From: Laetmonice hystrix
Taxonomy: Eukaryota
Length of the DNA stretch: 64,000 bases
Assembly: GCA_965235115.1 (NCBI GenBank)
Contig: OZ249444.1
Coordinates: 26,536,001-26,600,000, forward strand
Direction: 5' to 3'
Position 1 is the stretch's first letter; the number at the start of each line of letters is the position of its first letter. The position numbers and the translations under genes are program-made. Under the pieces are notes generated by a model. It had not been told where the DNA came from. It searched no databases and worked only from the letters and a program-made list of their open reading frames with translations. Below are positions 1 to 13,946 of this stretch, one piece after another.

Positions 1-104
1 GGTACTCCTTCCGTTTGGGGCCATGAAGGGGCCATTCGTTTAGTGAGCTTCTTCCCGGTTCCCGGTTAGGATCTCTGGAAGAGAAAGTAAACTACATAAA
101 CGAT

Positions 105-310
105 TTGACAGAATGGTACAATGGTTTGACAGAATGGTACAATGGTTTGACAGAATGGTACAATGGTTTGACACAATGGTACAATGGTTTAGCACAATGG
201 TACAATGGTTTAACACAATGGTACAATGGTTTGACACAATGGTACAATGGTTTAACACAATGGTACAATGGTTTGACACAATGGTACAATGGTTTGACAC
301 AATGGTACAA
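105..310. repeat. Minisatellite, 21-bp unit, about 10 copies
   Basis: AATGGTACAATGGTTTGACAC in tandem; explains the 7-aa periodic ORFs. Confidence 0.95.
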
Positions 311-1929
311 TGACAGAATACTGTAAATATCTGTGCGAGTACGTGGAAGAACATAAAAATAAGAAAACTATGACGCCGTCATCACTTTGTTCCGAAACCG
401 TAACCCAATACAAGAAATGATTATTCAGAAATTCCCTAGCCTAGCTCGAATAGCCAATAGTGTGCCATTTAATCAATTATCTTGGTCTGATAGTAGATAT
501 ATGATATCAATGTAGATCTACACGTAATGATACCAATTCCTGTGCGGAATCCACTATCCAAACGATGACGCGTTCCTCATTTCGCCTAGTTCGTCCACGT
601 ATTGTCGGCTGATAACCTGGCATTAGCTCGGATGTGTCGTCTGCTAATGTGTCAAAGTAATGTGATCGACGTCGTGAGAAAGCTCTCAAAGCGAGGCAGC
701 TGGCTTGTTACCAGTGACATCCAACTTCCGCTTGCGCTCATTTCGTCTAACATAAACCATGCCTTCTGACCTAGCATCAAACCTTGATTTTCATGTCAGG
801 ATTAGCTGTCACGCAGAGATCGTAATCTTACGCCTGTGTAATTGGAATTTGTGGACAAAAAAATACGAATACGTTGTCAGATGGCTGAAGGTCCTAATTA
901 GTGAATTTGACGTCCATGACGTGCGTCGCTGGCTCTGTCTGATCGTGCAAGGTGGTCGCCGAGTTTCTGCAAACCTGAGAATTACCTTCCTTGGCAATGT
1001 GTTTGATTCGAAAAGATATGATAAGTTAGTGTCTCTAAACCAGTACAACGTTTAGACAAAGCAGCGCTATAGCTATACTTCTATGGTTAATGTGCAAGAC
1101 TCGATGTTCGTTTAATTTGTATTTTACCTACTACCTTGCGTCACCTTCATGGCATGGATTTGAGGACAGTGTCCAAAAGGTTCAGCCCCCCCCCCCCCCC
1201 GGATGCCCTAACAGACACATCTGTTCAGAACATTGCAGAGTTGGGTTCGGTGTGTAGAAATGAAATCGGAAGTCACAAGGACCCAATCATAGCCGACAGT
1301 TTCTCAACGAATGCGACCTTTAGGTTGGGGGCGGGGGGGGGGAGGAGGGCGATGACGGGGGAAGATGCGGGGGCGGAGGGCTGGCAAGGACCGCTGCAAG
1401 ATTCGTCTCTACAAGGCAGGCTATAAATACCTAAAGAGTGGATTATAGATTACTCTCCACCCACGCGTGTGGGTGGACGACGACACGGGACTGGTTGGAG
1501 TGGTGGGCAGAAGGAGTTAGAGGGTCTGGTAAACTGGAGACGTTCCTCCGACAGTACGCCATGTACGAAGTCATCATCAAGTCGTTTCGTACTGAGGATT
1601 TACGATATAACACAACCTGTACAGTGAGATCCTTGGTCACAGACTGTCACCGCCGTGGGTACGAGAGGATCGAATCAGGTGATCAAGAAGAGGCACGAAC
1701 TTCCATGAAAGGACTTCAGAGGATGCCTTTCTGGAACGATATGTGTTGGGCAGTTTCCAGCATGAAATGATGTTGATGTAAGAGGACAGGATGATTCCAA
1801 GACATGCTGTGCCAAGGATTGCTGTCTACGGCCGACCGTACCCAACTCTTGTCTTGGTGAGTATAGACTGTTTTCACGGGGCACGCCTTCTACCGGGCGC
1901 CGCTACGGTCTGTGATGTTGACGACCTCC

Positions 1930-2261
1930 GCGGGTTGGCCATACCTGCGGGTTGGCCATACCTGCGGGTTGGCCATACCTGCGGGTTGGTCATACCTGCG
2001 GGTTGGCCATACCTGCGGGTTGGCCATACCTGCGGGATGGCCATACCTGCGGGATGGCCATACCTGCGGGATGGCCATACCTGCGGGTTGGCCATACCTG
2101 CGGGTTGGTCATACCTGCGGGTTGGTCATACCTGCGGGTTGGCCATACCTGCGGGTTGGCCATACCTGCGGGTTGGCCACACCTGCGGGTTGGCCACACC
2201 TGCGGGTTGGCCACACCTGCGGGTTGGCCATACCTGCGGGTTGGCCATACCTGCGGGTTGG
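1930..2261. repeat. Minisatellite, 17-bp unit, about 19 copies
   Basis: GCGGGTTGGCCATACCT in tandem. Confidence 0.95.
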
Positions 2262-4457
2262 TCCCCACTATCGATTTGTAAACAAATTGACAGGAAGAGG
2301 GTCACACGAGTGAGACGTGTGGTTAGATCGATGACCTCAGACTCGGTGGTGAATCAAGTAGTTGTACGTGTTGGAACCAATCAGATCAATGGATCCAAGA
2401 CTTCGTCAACGGGAGCGTTTAGTATACATGTACTTCAATCATAAGTAAAATTAATTGTGATTATATAAGTCCGAATGTGAATTATTTGGGCAATCAATAG
2501 TGAACATTGTTATAAAATGTTTTCGGTATCCTGAATGGATCGACAATTGATTAAGTCAGAGACAGTGAAATGATTACCGCCCCTTCCTCCTACAATCACC
2601 CCTAGAATCCACCCCTCAATAACATCAGCGCAAACAATACTTGTACTTTTAAAACCTTTGTTTCAGTTTTCCTCCATTCTCTCTGTTCGCTCGGTGACAA
2701 CCTTTTTAATGTAGTAATTCTGGTGAAATTCTGCTTCGTCAAGGTTCTTGGGCAGCCTGGTACGATGAAAGATTTATCATCCACGTCAGATCCCAGTGAA
2801 TGGCAGATTCATTCAAAACTCAGAATAAAACAGACACCTTTGTTTTGGTAGCAGTGATTTATGAGTTGATTTGTCCTCTAGAAGCTGCTATTAACGTCTG
2901 TGCAAATGTCTGAAGAATAAATGTATTTGTCAGACGCTCAAATCAAACAACTGTTTCCCAATTTCTATGATCAAGAACGTTGGCCCCTGGTCATTACATG
3001 ACATAACTCTGAATTTGGAGTTCAACTCAAACACATCTTTTGTGTCAAACCTGCGTCTTTGACATTTTGCGGAGTGTGGTGCATGATATAGGACTGACTC
3101 GTCGATCGATTAAACCTTTGATTAAACACCCATTCCACAACGGAGGATAACATCAGATTTAACTAAGAAACAGCAATATGGGGAACTTGTGATTCCTTTA
3201 CCACGTGACGTCATCATTTCTTGTCCTGATCCTGAAGTCTGGACCCCTGGACAGATCACGTCACGTGACGTTACATTTCGACAGGTTAACTGGCACTCTG
3301 CCACACCACTGGTCCTGGCGCGCGTGACCAACAATCGTTTGAAGTGAACCGTCAGGCACAAGTATAGCTCGGCAACAGACAATAATGTCAATCGATGTGG
3401 TGCTCGTGGTCTATTTAAAAAAAGATAAATACAAATGATAAAGACAAAAAAACTGCGTTAATTCATATAAAAAGCTAAAAGACTTTTCTGGTTTTCCGCG
3501 TAAAAAATATACCACTGGATCTATTGAAAAAGTAATTACGCAGGTCAAGGTAAGCTGATGGGGTGACTATATTTAAAGTTGACACGAATCTAACGACGAC
3601 ACGCAATCTGAGCCCCACGGAGGGTGCGTCTAGTTGGCGTGACATGTCATGGCCGCCTGCCGGGAGTTAGCCGAACTACAGCGGCCGGCCACGCGCAATC
3701 AACCACCATTAAGTGAGCCTCGTTCTGATCGGTATTATTGATGTCAATCTAGTATTTCGTACATTGCGGTGACACTATTCGTGGTCAGGTTGTGTTTCCC
3801 TTCATTTCCCTCCCTTTTTTTATTGTGACAGCATGTAACCATGGCCTTGGATGGATGAGGTAGGCGTACGATTTGATATAACGTCGGCACTATTATTATA
3901 TGAGGACAGCTACTGGGAGAACATTAATAACGTTAGTAACTTAACCGTTTATGAATACATAGGACAACCTTTCAAATCAAATACTATCTACATTTTTTAT
4001 TGTATATTGAAATTAATTTAAACATGAAACTTGCACGAGGGATGTTATCCATCGATTTATTAGCTGCCACGTGAAAACTACATATCAAGGTCTGATTTAG
4101 AGGTGAGTGTATGGTTAGCGATACACGAACCTTCCTGATATCAAAACACATAGCGAGCACGCTCATCCCAAACCCAAACCATTCCCAAGGGTCCAATGTC
4201 GTCAGGGCCCTCTCAAACTAACCCATCGTTTTGAATTGCACGAAAAAGTGTTTGATTTCACAGTCACCTCATCTACGTACAATATTTGAAATCGTGTATC
4301 ATGAAAACGAATTTGCATCTAATCCCTAACAATTTGGTTTGCATATATGCAGCAGCAATAGTGCGTTTACTTATGGACATGTAATATGTGATGTTCCCGC
4401 ATCTCGCTTACAACGATACATAAACTACCAAATGGATGAACATCAACAGTATATAGA

Positions 4458-5564
4458 TATAGAAAACTATGGTAGAGTTTATCCTATTTGATATAGTAGA
4501 AAGCCATTGTAGAGTTTCCCCTACTGGATGTAATGGAAAGCCATGGTAGAGTTTCTCTTACTAGATATAATGGAAAGCCATGGTAGAGTTTCCAAAAATG
4601 GATATAGTAGAAAACCATGGTAGAGTTTCCCCTACTGGATATAGTAGAAAGCCATGGTAGAGTTTCCCCTACTGGATGTAATGGAAAGCCATGGTAGAGT
4701 TTCCCCTACTGGATATAGTGGAAAGCCATGGTAGAGTTTCTCTTACTAGATATAGTGGAAAGCCATGGTAGAGTTTCTCTTACTAGATATAGTGGAAAGC
4801 CATGGTAGAGTTTCTCTTACTAGATATAGTGGAAAGCCATGGTAGAGTTTCTCTTACTAGATATAGTGGAAAGCCATGGTAGAGTTTCTCTTACTAGATA
4901 TAGTGGAAAGCCATGGTAGAGTTTCTCTTACTAGATATAGTGGAAAGCCATGGTAGAGTTTCTCTTACTAGATATAGTGGAAAGCCATGGTAGAGTTTCC
5001 CTTACTGGATGTAATGGAAAGCCATGGTAGAGTTTCCCCTACTGGATGTAATGGAAAGCCATGGTAGAGTTTCTCTTACTAGATATAGTGGAAAGCCATG
5101 GTAGAGTTTCCCTTACTGGATAGTGGAAAGCCATGGTAGAGTTTCCAAAAATGGATATAATGGAAAGCCATGGTAGAGTTTCCAAAAATGGATATAGTAG
5201 AAAACCATGGTAGAGTTTCCCCTACTGGATGTAATGGAAAGCCATGGTAGAGTTTCCCCTACTGGATGTAATGGAAAGCCATGGTAGAGTTTCCAAAAAT
5301 GGATATAATGGAAAGCCATGGTAGAGTTTCCAAAAATGGATATAGTAGAAAGTTTTTCTTACTGGATAAAGTAGAAAGCCATGGTAGAGTTTCCCCTACT
5401 GGATATAATGGAAAGCCATGGTAATTGGATATAGTAGAAAACCATGGTAGAGTTTCCCCTACTGGATATAGTAGAAAACCATGGTAGAGTTTCCCCTACT
5501 GGATATAGTGGAAAGCCGTGGTAGAGTTTCTCTTACTGGATAGTAGAAAGCCATGGTAGAGTTT
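4458..5564. repeat. Minisatellite, about 37-bp unit, about 29 copies in several variants
   Basis: GAAAGCCATGGTAGAGTTTCTCTTACTAGATATAGTG and variants (CCCCTACTGG, CCAAAAATGG). Confidence 0.95.
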
Positions 5565-5866
5565 AGGGCGGTAACGTTCCATACCTACGACGGGGACCCT
5601 GCAGAGGCGCACTAGGACTCGATCCCTATAGAGATGTGGTATTGGGTTCCATTCCCTTTCACAGGAAGCAGTGTGAGATAGTTTGTTTTTTGGAAACTGC
5701 CGTTTTCTATTGAAATTCAAGTGGGCAGACAAAACGGACCTTATCTGGTATTACTCTCTAATAAGGAACGATATAGATTTTCTTGTCCAATGCACCCCTG
5801 CTCTACTATAGAACACAAGATTGGTCCCACTAGAGAGAGACAGTATCTGGATCAAAAGGATGCGGC

Positions 5867-6645
5867 GAAGTCTTTCATCCTTACAACACAGTCATATATA
5901 ACCCCTATTACAGGCTCTCCACTATAGTACTAGAGTAACCATGAGTGGTACTAGATCCTTACCGAAGTCTTTCATCCTTACAACACAGTCATATATAACC
6001 CCTATTACAGGCCCTCTACTATAGTACTAGAGTAACCATGAGTGGTACTAGATCCTTACCGAAGTCTTTCATCCTTACAACACAATAATATATAATCCGT
6101 ATTACAGGCCCTTTACTATAGTACTAGAGTAACCATGAGTGGTACTAGATCCTTACCGAAGTCTTTCATCCTTACAACACAGTCATATATAACCCCTATT
6201 ACAGGCCCTCTACTATAGTACTAGAGTAACCGTGAGTGGTACTAGATCCTTACCGAAGTCTTTCATCCTTACAACACAGTCATATATAACCCCTATTACA
6301 GGCTCTCTACTATAGTACTAGAGTAACCATGAGTGGTACTAGGTCCTTACCGAAGTCTTTCATCCTTACAACACAGTCATATATAACCCCTACTACATGC
6401 CCTTTACTATAGTACTAGAGTAACCATGAGTGGTACTAGATCCTTACCGAAGTCTTTCATCCTTACAACACAGTCATATATAACCCCTACTACATGCCCT
6501 TTACTATAGTACTAGAGTAACCATGAGTGGTACTAGGTCCTTACCGAAGTCTTTCATCCTTACAACACAGTCATATAATCCCTGTTACAGGCCCTCTACT
6601 ATAGTACTAGAGTAACCATGAGTGGTACTAGATCCTTACCGAAGT
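5867..6645. repeat. Tandem repeat, 97-bp unit, 8 copies
   Basis: GAAGTCTTTCATCC recurs at 5867, 5964, 6061 and onward. Confidence 0.95.
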
Positions 6646-6727
6646 AAGACTGTGGGGGTTGATATGTCATGATGACAGAGACGAGGGAAAGGTTTGGTAG
6701 TTGGTATTTCATCCTGATACACCACAC

Positions 6728-6985
6728 GGATACCACAAGGGTCAGGCCTAGTTAGACACGGTAGAATTGTATGGATACCACAAGGGTCAGGCCTAGTTAG
6801 ACACGGTAGAATGGTGTGGATACCACAAGGGTCATGCCTAGTTAGACACGGTAGAATTGTGTGGATACCACAAGGGTCATGCCTAGTTAGACACGGTAGA
6901 ATTGTATGGATACCACAAGGGTCAGGCCTAGTTAGACACGGTAGAATTGTATGGATACCACAAGGGTCATGCCTAGTTAGACACG
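6728..6985. repeat. Minisatellite, 45-bp unit, about 6 copies
   Basis: GGATACCACAAGGGTCAGGCCTAGTTAGACACGGTAGAATTGTAT in tandem. Confidence 0.95.
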
Positions 6986-8571
6986 ATATAGAATCTGTAA
7001 GAAACCAAACGTTTCGGTCCTTACACAAACCCGGCATGACGTCGACCAGGAGGCAGACCCCTTCCCATGGTACCAGCCCCTCGTGTTCCGTCGGGAGCAG
7101 CCCGGCCGGCCGCAGTCAGCAGACCGGGCTCGAACTGTCCCTGGCCCCGGCCGCCAGCCTCGCCAACTACATCCCTACCGTACCTCCCCACCCCTCCCCA
7201 CCCCACCCCACCCCACCCCTCCCCACCCCAGCGCGTCCGCAGTCCCACCGCGACGATATTAGCTGCTCACTTCTTGCAATGCGCCAAATACCGCAGACTA
7301 ATTACGCCAATCCAGTTTTTCAATCCAAGCTGTTTGTTCGGCCGACTGCCGTCACCGCCGGCTTTAGGATGGGCCTGAATAAAGCCGGCCGCCGATGGGG
7401 GCAGCGATCCGGGCCACGGCCCCGGCCAGGGTGATTAGCCGGGTGGTGAGCCGGTCTAGGTGGCGGGGAGCGGGTGGGACGGGAACGGCCGGCCGGCTGG
7501 GAGAGCGGGCGGGGGGTGGGCTTACACGCCGGGCAGGCGGCGTGAATGTGGGTGAGTGGGTGTGCGTGTGGGATGTGTGATTGTGCGAGTGAGTGATCTG
7601 GATTTCAGGCATGGCCGGCTGTTGAACCGGGGCCGCCTGTATTGATTCAGGGGCAGAGGCTGCTGCCTGGATCTCCGTTTGATCTCCCGCCGACATCTTG
7701 TTCATTTGGCCCATTCAGATTCGCCAACCTTCCAGTGCGGCCAAGTCTGGCGCCACTTCGCGGGGTGCCTGCCGCCCAGCAACTCACGGCCAACTTGTGT
7801 CGTGGCAGACATCTCGATTTTATACATCAATACACCTGGCGTCTTATAGTTGGTCGTCGATACGCACGCGCACTAATCGTCAACTCTATTGTCTCCTTAT
7901 CTATATTAAGATGGAGGCCTTCATTGTCCTCTATCGTGTTTCACATAGCGACATCCATTCCTTGTACTCTCATGTTAATCCATGGCCTGTCACTTTATAG
8001 AATACATTACGGTTGGCCGCCGCCAACCACTGTTGACATTGGTCGGGTAGAGACAGACGGTGGTCAGTAAATAAACCAACCCAACGTGGTTGTTACCCTT
8101 TAATTACCCCCGCTACTTGTCACTGCCAGCCCGACCCTAATCCTCATTAAATTCTTGAACCTGACACATTCCAACGACATTGGACAATTTTAACGCATGG
8201 CTCAAACGGTGGATGTCTCAAATAGGAAGCGCACATTAATACATGCTATTTCGTCCTTAAATATTTCTTGTCGTCCGAAGTAGCTTGTTCCAAAAGTAGG
8301 TTGTTGTTAGTCCAAAGTAGCTTGTTCTCTAGAACGATCCAAAAGTGGTTTGTTGTTAAAGTCGGGCATTCACAAACACCAGACACATAGTTTGACACAT
8401 AATAAAAGTATGGTAATTTATGTTGATGTGAAGGAAAATTAATGAACATGTTTTCGTTCTGGCTTCAAATGGTTCAAAGTATGTTTCTGGCAAGGTGGGA
8501 AATAGGATTAGGGCATCGAAACAGGCCCGTCATTGGATGAACATAGCTTCCGGCTGACAATACTAACCTAG

Positions 8572-9126
8572 CAAGTGCGCGAATCATCCTGCACAAGTGC
8601 GCGGATCAGTCTGCACAAGTGGAACCTTTCCATATACTACTCAGTCTGCACACGTGCGAGAATCACCCTGCACAAGTGGAACCTTTCCATATACTACTCA
8701 GTCTGCACAAGTGCGCGGATCACCCTGCACAAGTGCAACCTTTCCATATACTACTCAGTCTGCACAAGTGGAACCTTTCCATATACTACTCAACCTGCAC
8801 ACGTGCGAGAATCACCCTGCACAAGTGGAACCTTTCCATATACTACTCAGTCTGCACAAGTGGAACCTTTCCATATACTACTCAGTCTGCACAAGTGCGC
8901 GGACCACCCTTCACAAGTGGAATCTTTTCATATACTACTCAACCTGCACACGTGCGAGAATCACCCTGCACAAGTGGAACCTTTCCATATACTACTCAAC
9001 CTGCACACGTGCGAGAATCACCCTGCACAAGTGGAACCTTTCCATATACTACTCAGTCTGCACAAGTGGAACCTTTCCATATACTACTCAGTCTGCACAA
9101 GTGGAACCTTTCCATACTACTCAGTC
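8572..9126. repeat. Composite minisatellite of interspersed 35-bp and 22-bp monomers
   Basis: A = TGCACAAGTGGAACCTTTCCATATACTACTCAGTC; B = TGCACACGTGCGAGAATCACCC. Confidence 0.9.
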
Positions 9127-9439
9127 TTTGAGGATTTTAAAATTTTCCCTTTTTTATCTTCAGAATAGCGCGTTAAATATTCAATCTATGACGGTGGATA
9201 TTATAGTTAAATACCGATGAACAGTCTATCATTATTACACAGGACAGGCCTACTTGTTCCTGAATGTCCCCCCACCCCGATTCGATATGAGAAGAACAAA
9301 CGAAGTTCACTCCCAGGGTGAAATGAAAAATAGGCTTAAACTGGATGAGCTGGAGGGTTGATGAACCACCTTCCCCAAGGATTTGTTTGGGCTTCCATGA
9401 TCCCTCCTCCCCACCCCCACCCCCAACCCCCACCCCCCC

Positions 9440-9625
9440 GAGAGTTCACGGAGAGGAACCCCTCCCCCTCAGCACTGGGCTGAGAGTTCACGGAGAGACC
9501 CCCCTCCCCCTCAGGACTGGGCTGAGAGTTCACGGAGAGACCCCCCTCCCCCTCAGGACTGGGCTGAGAGTTCACGGAGAGAGACCCCCAGGGCTGGGCT
9601 GAGAATTCACGGAGAGACCCCCCCC
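9440..9625. repeat. Minisatellite, 42-bp unit, about 4.5 copies
   Basis: GAGAGTTCACGGAGAGACCCCCCTCCCCCTCAGGACTGGGCT in tandem. Confidence 0.9.
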
Positions 9626-9798
9626 CCCCTCCCCTCGAAGGAGGATGTCTGGGGTTCATGTAGAGATATTCCCCAGGGACAGAAGCACCACCATCATTTG
9701 GCCGACTTCATTCGGTCGACAGATTTTGATTATTTTCCTTCATATATTCATTGAATTCCAAACGGAAAAGTTTGTCTTGAATCAATATGGGCAACATG

Positions 9799-10140
9799 CC
9801 ACACGGCGAATGTTTAACGATTACATTCTGTCAGAAAAGAATCTACCACACGGCGAATGTTAAACGTGATGACATTCTGTCAGAAAGGAATCTACCACAC
9901 GGCGAATGTTAAACGTGATTACATTCTGTCAGAAAGGAATCTACCACACGGCGAATGTTTAACGATTACATTCTGTCAGAAAGGAATCTACCACACGGCG
10001 AATGTTAAACGATTACATTCTGTCAGAAAGGAATCTACGACACGGCGAATGTTAAACCTGCCAACATTCTGTCAGAAAGGAATCTACCACACGGCGAATG
10101 TTAAACGTGATTACATTCTCTCAGAAAGGAATCTACCACA
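9799..10140. repeat. Minisatellite, 47-49-bp unit, about 7 copies
   Basis: ACCACACGGCGAATGTTAAACGATTACATTCTGTCAGAAAGGAATCT in tandem. Confidence 0.93.
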
Positions 10141-11291
10141 ACGCTGGCATCTTCATAACAAAAATTGAATCAGTGAACGTGCGATGTAGACAGGCGATTC
10201 GGCTTTAAAAAGGACAAAAACGGAGAGAGTGAAAATATTTTATGCCGATATTGGAGTTGTTTTGGTGGTAATGATACTGGTCCTGGATGGTGGTGTTTTC
10301 GGTACGAGAACGGAAACACATGAAGATGAGAAATTGGCATGTCTCGTATCTTATCTATCTTATCTCGTGGAGAGCGCCTCCAGCATGGCATTCAGTCCAC
10401 CATGTTACTGGTCCGGTGTGGCGGGGACTGGGTGACTGTGGGACGGGAGCTGAGCGAGACTGTGCCCGGTCGGTCTCTCGGCCCTCGCTGTCCATACCCT
10501 CCATACTCGTACCAACCCACTTACACCAGCAGAGGGTGACAACCCCCGCCCCCTCCCCCGGCACGCTCTCATCAAGACAAAGATTTAATTTGCTGCCATG
10601 TTAGCAAAGACTGTGGAAGTATTCCAAGCTAGACAAATTACCTACCAGGGTGCAGGAGAAGCACCCGCCCGCCCGCCCGCCCGCCGGTCGTTCGGCGGCC
10701 AGTCCCCGCCGACTGTACCGGGCGGGAGGTGCCGGCCGGCCGGTCGGGGCGGCGGTATGCCTCCTACCAACACCCCGTCCTCCACCCACGGTGGCGGTCG
10801 GAGAGCGGCAGTGTCCCCACGGACAGCGCCCAGCCTGGCACCGGGCCAGCCCGCCGCCCCGCTCTGCCGTATACCTTCCACTACACCGCACGCCACACCG
10901 AACTCATTATCACAGAATTCTTCACCCCTTTTTCTCATTCTGTTTGCGTCCCCTCAATTTGCTCAGTCTTTGTGAGGCCTTGTTTGGAAATAAGTTCATG
11001 GTTCAACCCGCCTTTCGTTTGAAGCGAGTCGGTAGAAGGGAGCCGGAGGGGCAACCAAAGCCCCAGGAAGGGGCCCCGAGGGGGGACGGAGATCCATTCC
11101 GAATTATCAAGACTACTTTGTGTGCGGCCGTCGGACTCTGTAACACAGTTCTTGTTATTATCAACACAATCAGACATACAAATGATTCCAAGCCGCGCTC
11201 ATTCCTACATCTGACGTTCTTATATTGTCACTCTAACGTTCAAAGGGGAAAGGAAACGCAATGGAAAGAAAATTGTGAACAAATTTCGTTC

Positions 11292-12100
11292 ACAGATATA
11301 CGAGAGCCTATCTATGCCCAGCTCATGTGGGGGGAAGGACGACAGATACGAGGGCCTATCTATGCCCAGCTCATGTGGGGGGAAGGACGACAGATACGAG
11401 GGCCTATCTATGCCCAGCTCATGTGGGGGGAAGGACGACAGATACGAGGGCCTATCTCTGCCCAGCTCATGTGGGGGGAAGGACGACAGATACGAGGGCC
11501 TATCTATGCCCAACTCATGTGGGGGGAAGGACGACAGATACGAGGGCCTATCTATGCCCAGCTCATGTGGGGGGAAGGACGACAGATACGAGGGCCTATC
11601 TATGCCCAGCTCATGTGGGGGGAAGGACGACAGATACGAGGGCCTATCTATGCCCAGCTCATGTGGGGGGAAGGACGACAGATACGAGGGCCTATCTATG
11701 CCCAGCTCATGTGGCGGAAGGACGACAGATACGAGGGCCTGTCTATGCCCAGCTCATGTGGCGGAAGGACGACAGATACGAGGGCCTGTCTATGCCCAGC
11801 TCATGTGGGGGAAGGACGACAGATACGAGGGCCTGTCTATGCCCAGCTCATGTGGGGGAAGGACGACAGATACGAGGGCCTGTCTATGCCTAGCTCATGT
11901 GGGGGAAGGACGACAGATACGAGGGCCTGTCTATGCCTAGCCCATGTGGCGGAAGGACGACAGATACGAGGGCCTATCTATGCCCAGCTCATGTGGGGGA
12001 AGGACGACAGATACGAGGGCCTATCTATGCCTAGCTCATGTGGCGGAAGGACGACAGATACGAGGGCCTGTCTATGCCCAGCTCATGTGGCGGAAGGACG
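11292..12100. repeat. Minisatellite, 47-48-bp unit, about 17 copies
   Basis: ACAGATACGAGGGCCTATCTATGCCCAGCTCATGTGGGGGGAAGGACG; G-run indels shift the reading frame, so the 504-aa ORF is repeat-derived. Confidence 0.95.
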
Positions 12101-12298
12101 AGCTTGTTTTACTCATCTGAGATTTATCAGCTCACGTTGTGTGAAGTATTATATTGCTATTTAGAATTTATCGCCGGGTTACAAAAAAAGTGAAATGTGA
12201 AATGATCCATAGTTACACATGTGAACTAATATTGATATTCACGGACGTTATAGTCTGGTGGTGAGATAGCTACGTCTTGGATAATGTATCCTTGGAAA

Positions 12299-13319
12299 TA
12301 TATTGTAAGGAGCTCAAGGGATGAGAATACATGTATATTGTAAGGAGCTCAAGGGATGAGAATACATGTATATTGTAAGGAGCTCTAGGGGTGATAATAT
12401 ATTGTAAGGAGCTCTAGGTGTGAGAATATATTGTAAGGAGCTCTAGGGGTGAGAACATATTGTAAGGAGCTCTAGGGGTGAGAACATATTGTAAGGAGCT
12501 CTAGGTGTGAGAACATATTGTAAGGAGCTCTAGGGGTGAGAATATATTGTAAGGAGCTCTAGGGGTGAGAACATATTGTAAGGAGCTCTAGGTGTGAGAA
12601 CATATTGTAAGGAGCTCTAGGGGTGAGAATATATTGTAAGGAGCTCTAGGGGTGATAATATATTGTAAGGAGCTCTAGGGGTGAGAATATATTGTAAGGA
12701 GCTCTAGGGGTGAGAACATATTGTAAGGAGCTCTAGGGGTGAGAATATATTGTAAGGAGCTCTAGGGGTGAGAACATATTGTAAGGAGCTCTAGGGATGA
12801 GAATATATTGTAAGTGAGAATATATTGTAAGGAGCTCTAGGGGTGAGAACATATTGTAAGGAGCTCTAGGTGTGAGAACATATTGTAAGGAGCTCTAGGG
12901 GTGAGAATATATTGTAAGGAGCTCTAGGGGTGAGAACATATTGTAAGGAGCTCTAGGTGTGAGAACATATTGTAAGGAGCTCTAGGGGTGAGAATATATT
13001 GTAAGGAGCTCTAGGGGTGATAATATATTGTAAGGAGCTCTAGGGGTGAGAATATATTGTAAGGAGCTCTAGGTGTGAGAACATATTGTAAGGAGCTCTA
13101 GGTGTGAGAACATATTGTAAGGAGCTCTAGGGGTGAGAACATATTGTAAGGAGCTCTAGGGGTGAGAATATATTGTAAGGAGCTCTAGGTGTGAGAATAT
13201 ATTGTAAGGAGCTCAAGGGATGAGAATACATGTATATTGTAAGGAGCTCTAGGGGTGAGAACATATTGTAAGGAGCTCTAGGTGTGAGAACATATTGTAA
13301 GGAGCTCTAGGTGTGAGAA
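12299..13319. repeat. Minisatellite, 29-bp unit, about 35 copies
   Basis: ATATTGTAAGGAGCTCTAGGGGTGAGAA(C/T) in tandem. Confidence 0.95.
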
Positions 13320-13735
13320 GCACACATTGATTGTTCACAGAAACGGGGAGATAGAAACTCGGATAGAAATATGCTTTGTATTTATAGAATGTTACTTCTA
13401 AGGATTGCTTTCTAAACGCAGGTGTATAACAATAAAAAAGGTCATCAACGAGTTCTTTATCCAGCTAAACATCAACAAATCCAACCCTGGCGACAGTTGT
13501 GGTTCTTTGAGGCAGGTCTGTGCTAACCCTGGCAATGCCTGCGGAGATCAAGATCGATTCCTGGTCAATACATGATGAGATTTTCTTTCGTTAGCAGAAT
13601 CTGCACGCTGTCTTTGATGGCTGGAGAACCGGACAATGTCATATATGTGGAGAGCTAACATGCCTAATCAATGACGGTATAATGACGCTGTCATCAAAAT
13701 TACCTTTGATCATGTCTTCGGTAAAGGGGCATTGT

Positions 13736-13752
13736 TGACCTTTACTTGACCT
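13736..13752 (-). promoter_or_regulatory. Perfect nuclear-receptor DR5 motif
   Basis: TGACCT-TTACT-TGACCT; motif match only. Confidence 0.3.
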
Positions 13753-13946
13753 TGAGCCATGAGTATCAATAAACATCTTTAACCCATGTATGTCTGACTT
13801 CCTTTGACAGTTTGTCGTCAGGTCGACCTCTGAAGAAAGCGTTGTATTCGAAAAGAAACCGATTCTAACATATGTCTCTGATCATGTAATTTAATTAGAA
13901 AGAAGATATTTTTGCTTACGAGTGAAGTTTATATAAAGTTTATATA

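Noticed and set aside
1930-2261. GGCCATACC similarity to the 5' end of 5S rRNA
   Set aside because: Only 9 nt within a 17-bp unit; no other 5S features.
2660-2760. Minus-strand NLDEAEFHQNYY as the AChE T-peptide exon; also TYFWNKLL near 8290
   Set aside because: No WAT-type Trp-rich pattern in the first, no Cys before FW in the second, and no preceding catalytic-domain exon found.
7364-7714. Minus-strand ORF MGQMNKMSAGDQTEIQ and plus-strand signal-peptide-like ORF at 10229
   Set aside because: No recognisable family; low-complexity GC-rich context readily yields such ORFs.
10650-12164. 504-aa ORF and other repeat-spanning ORFs (29556, 47557, 48201, 50358) as genes
   Set aside because: Length comes from stop-poor repeat units; several frames are open at once, some arrays carry frameshifting indels, and I recognise no domain.
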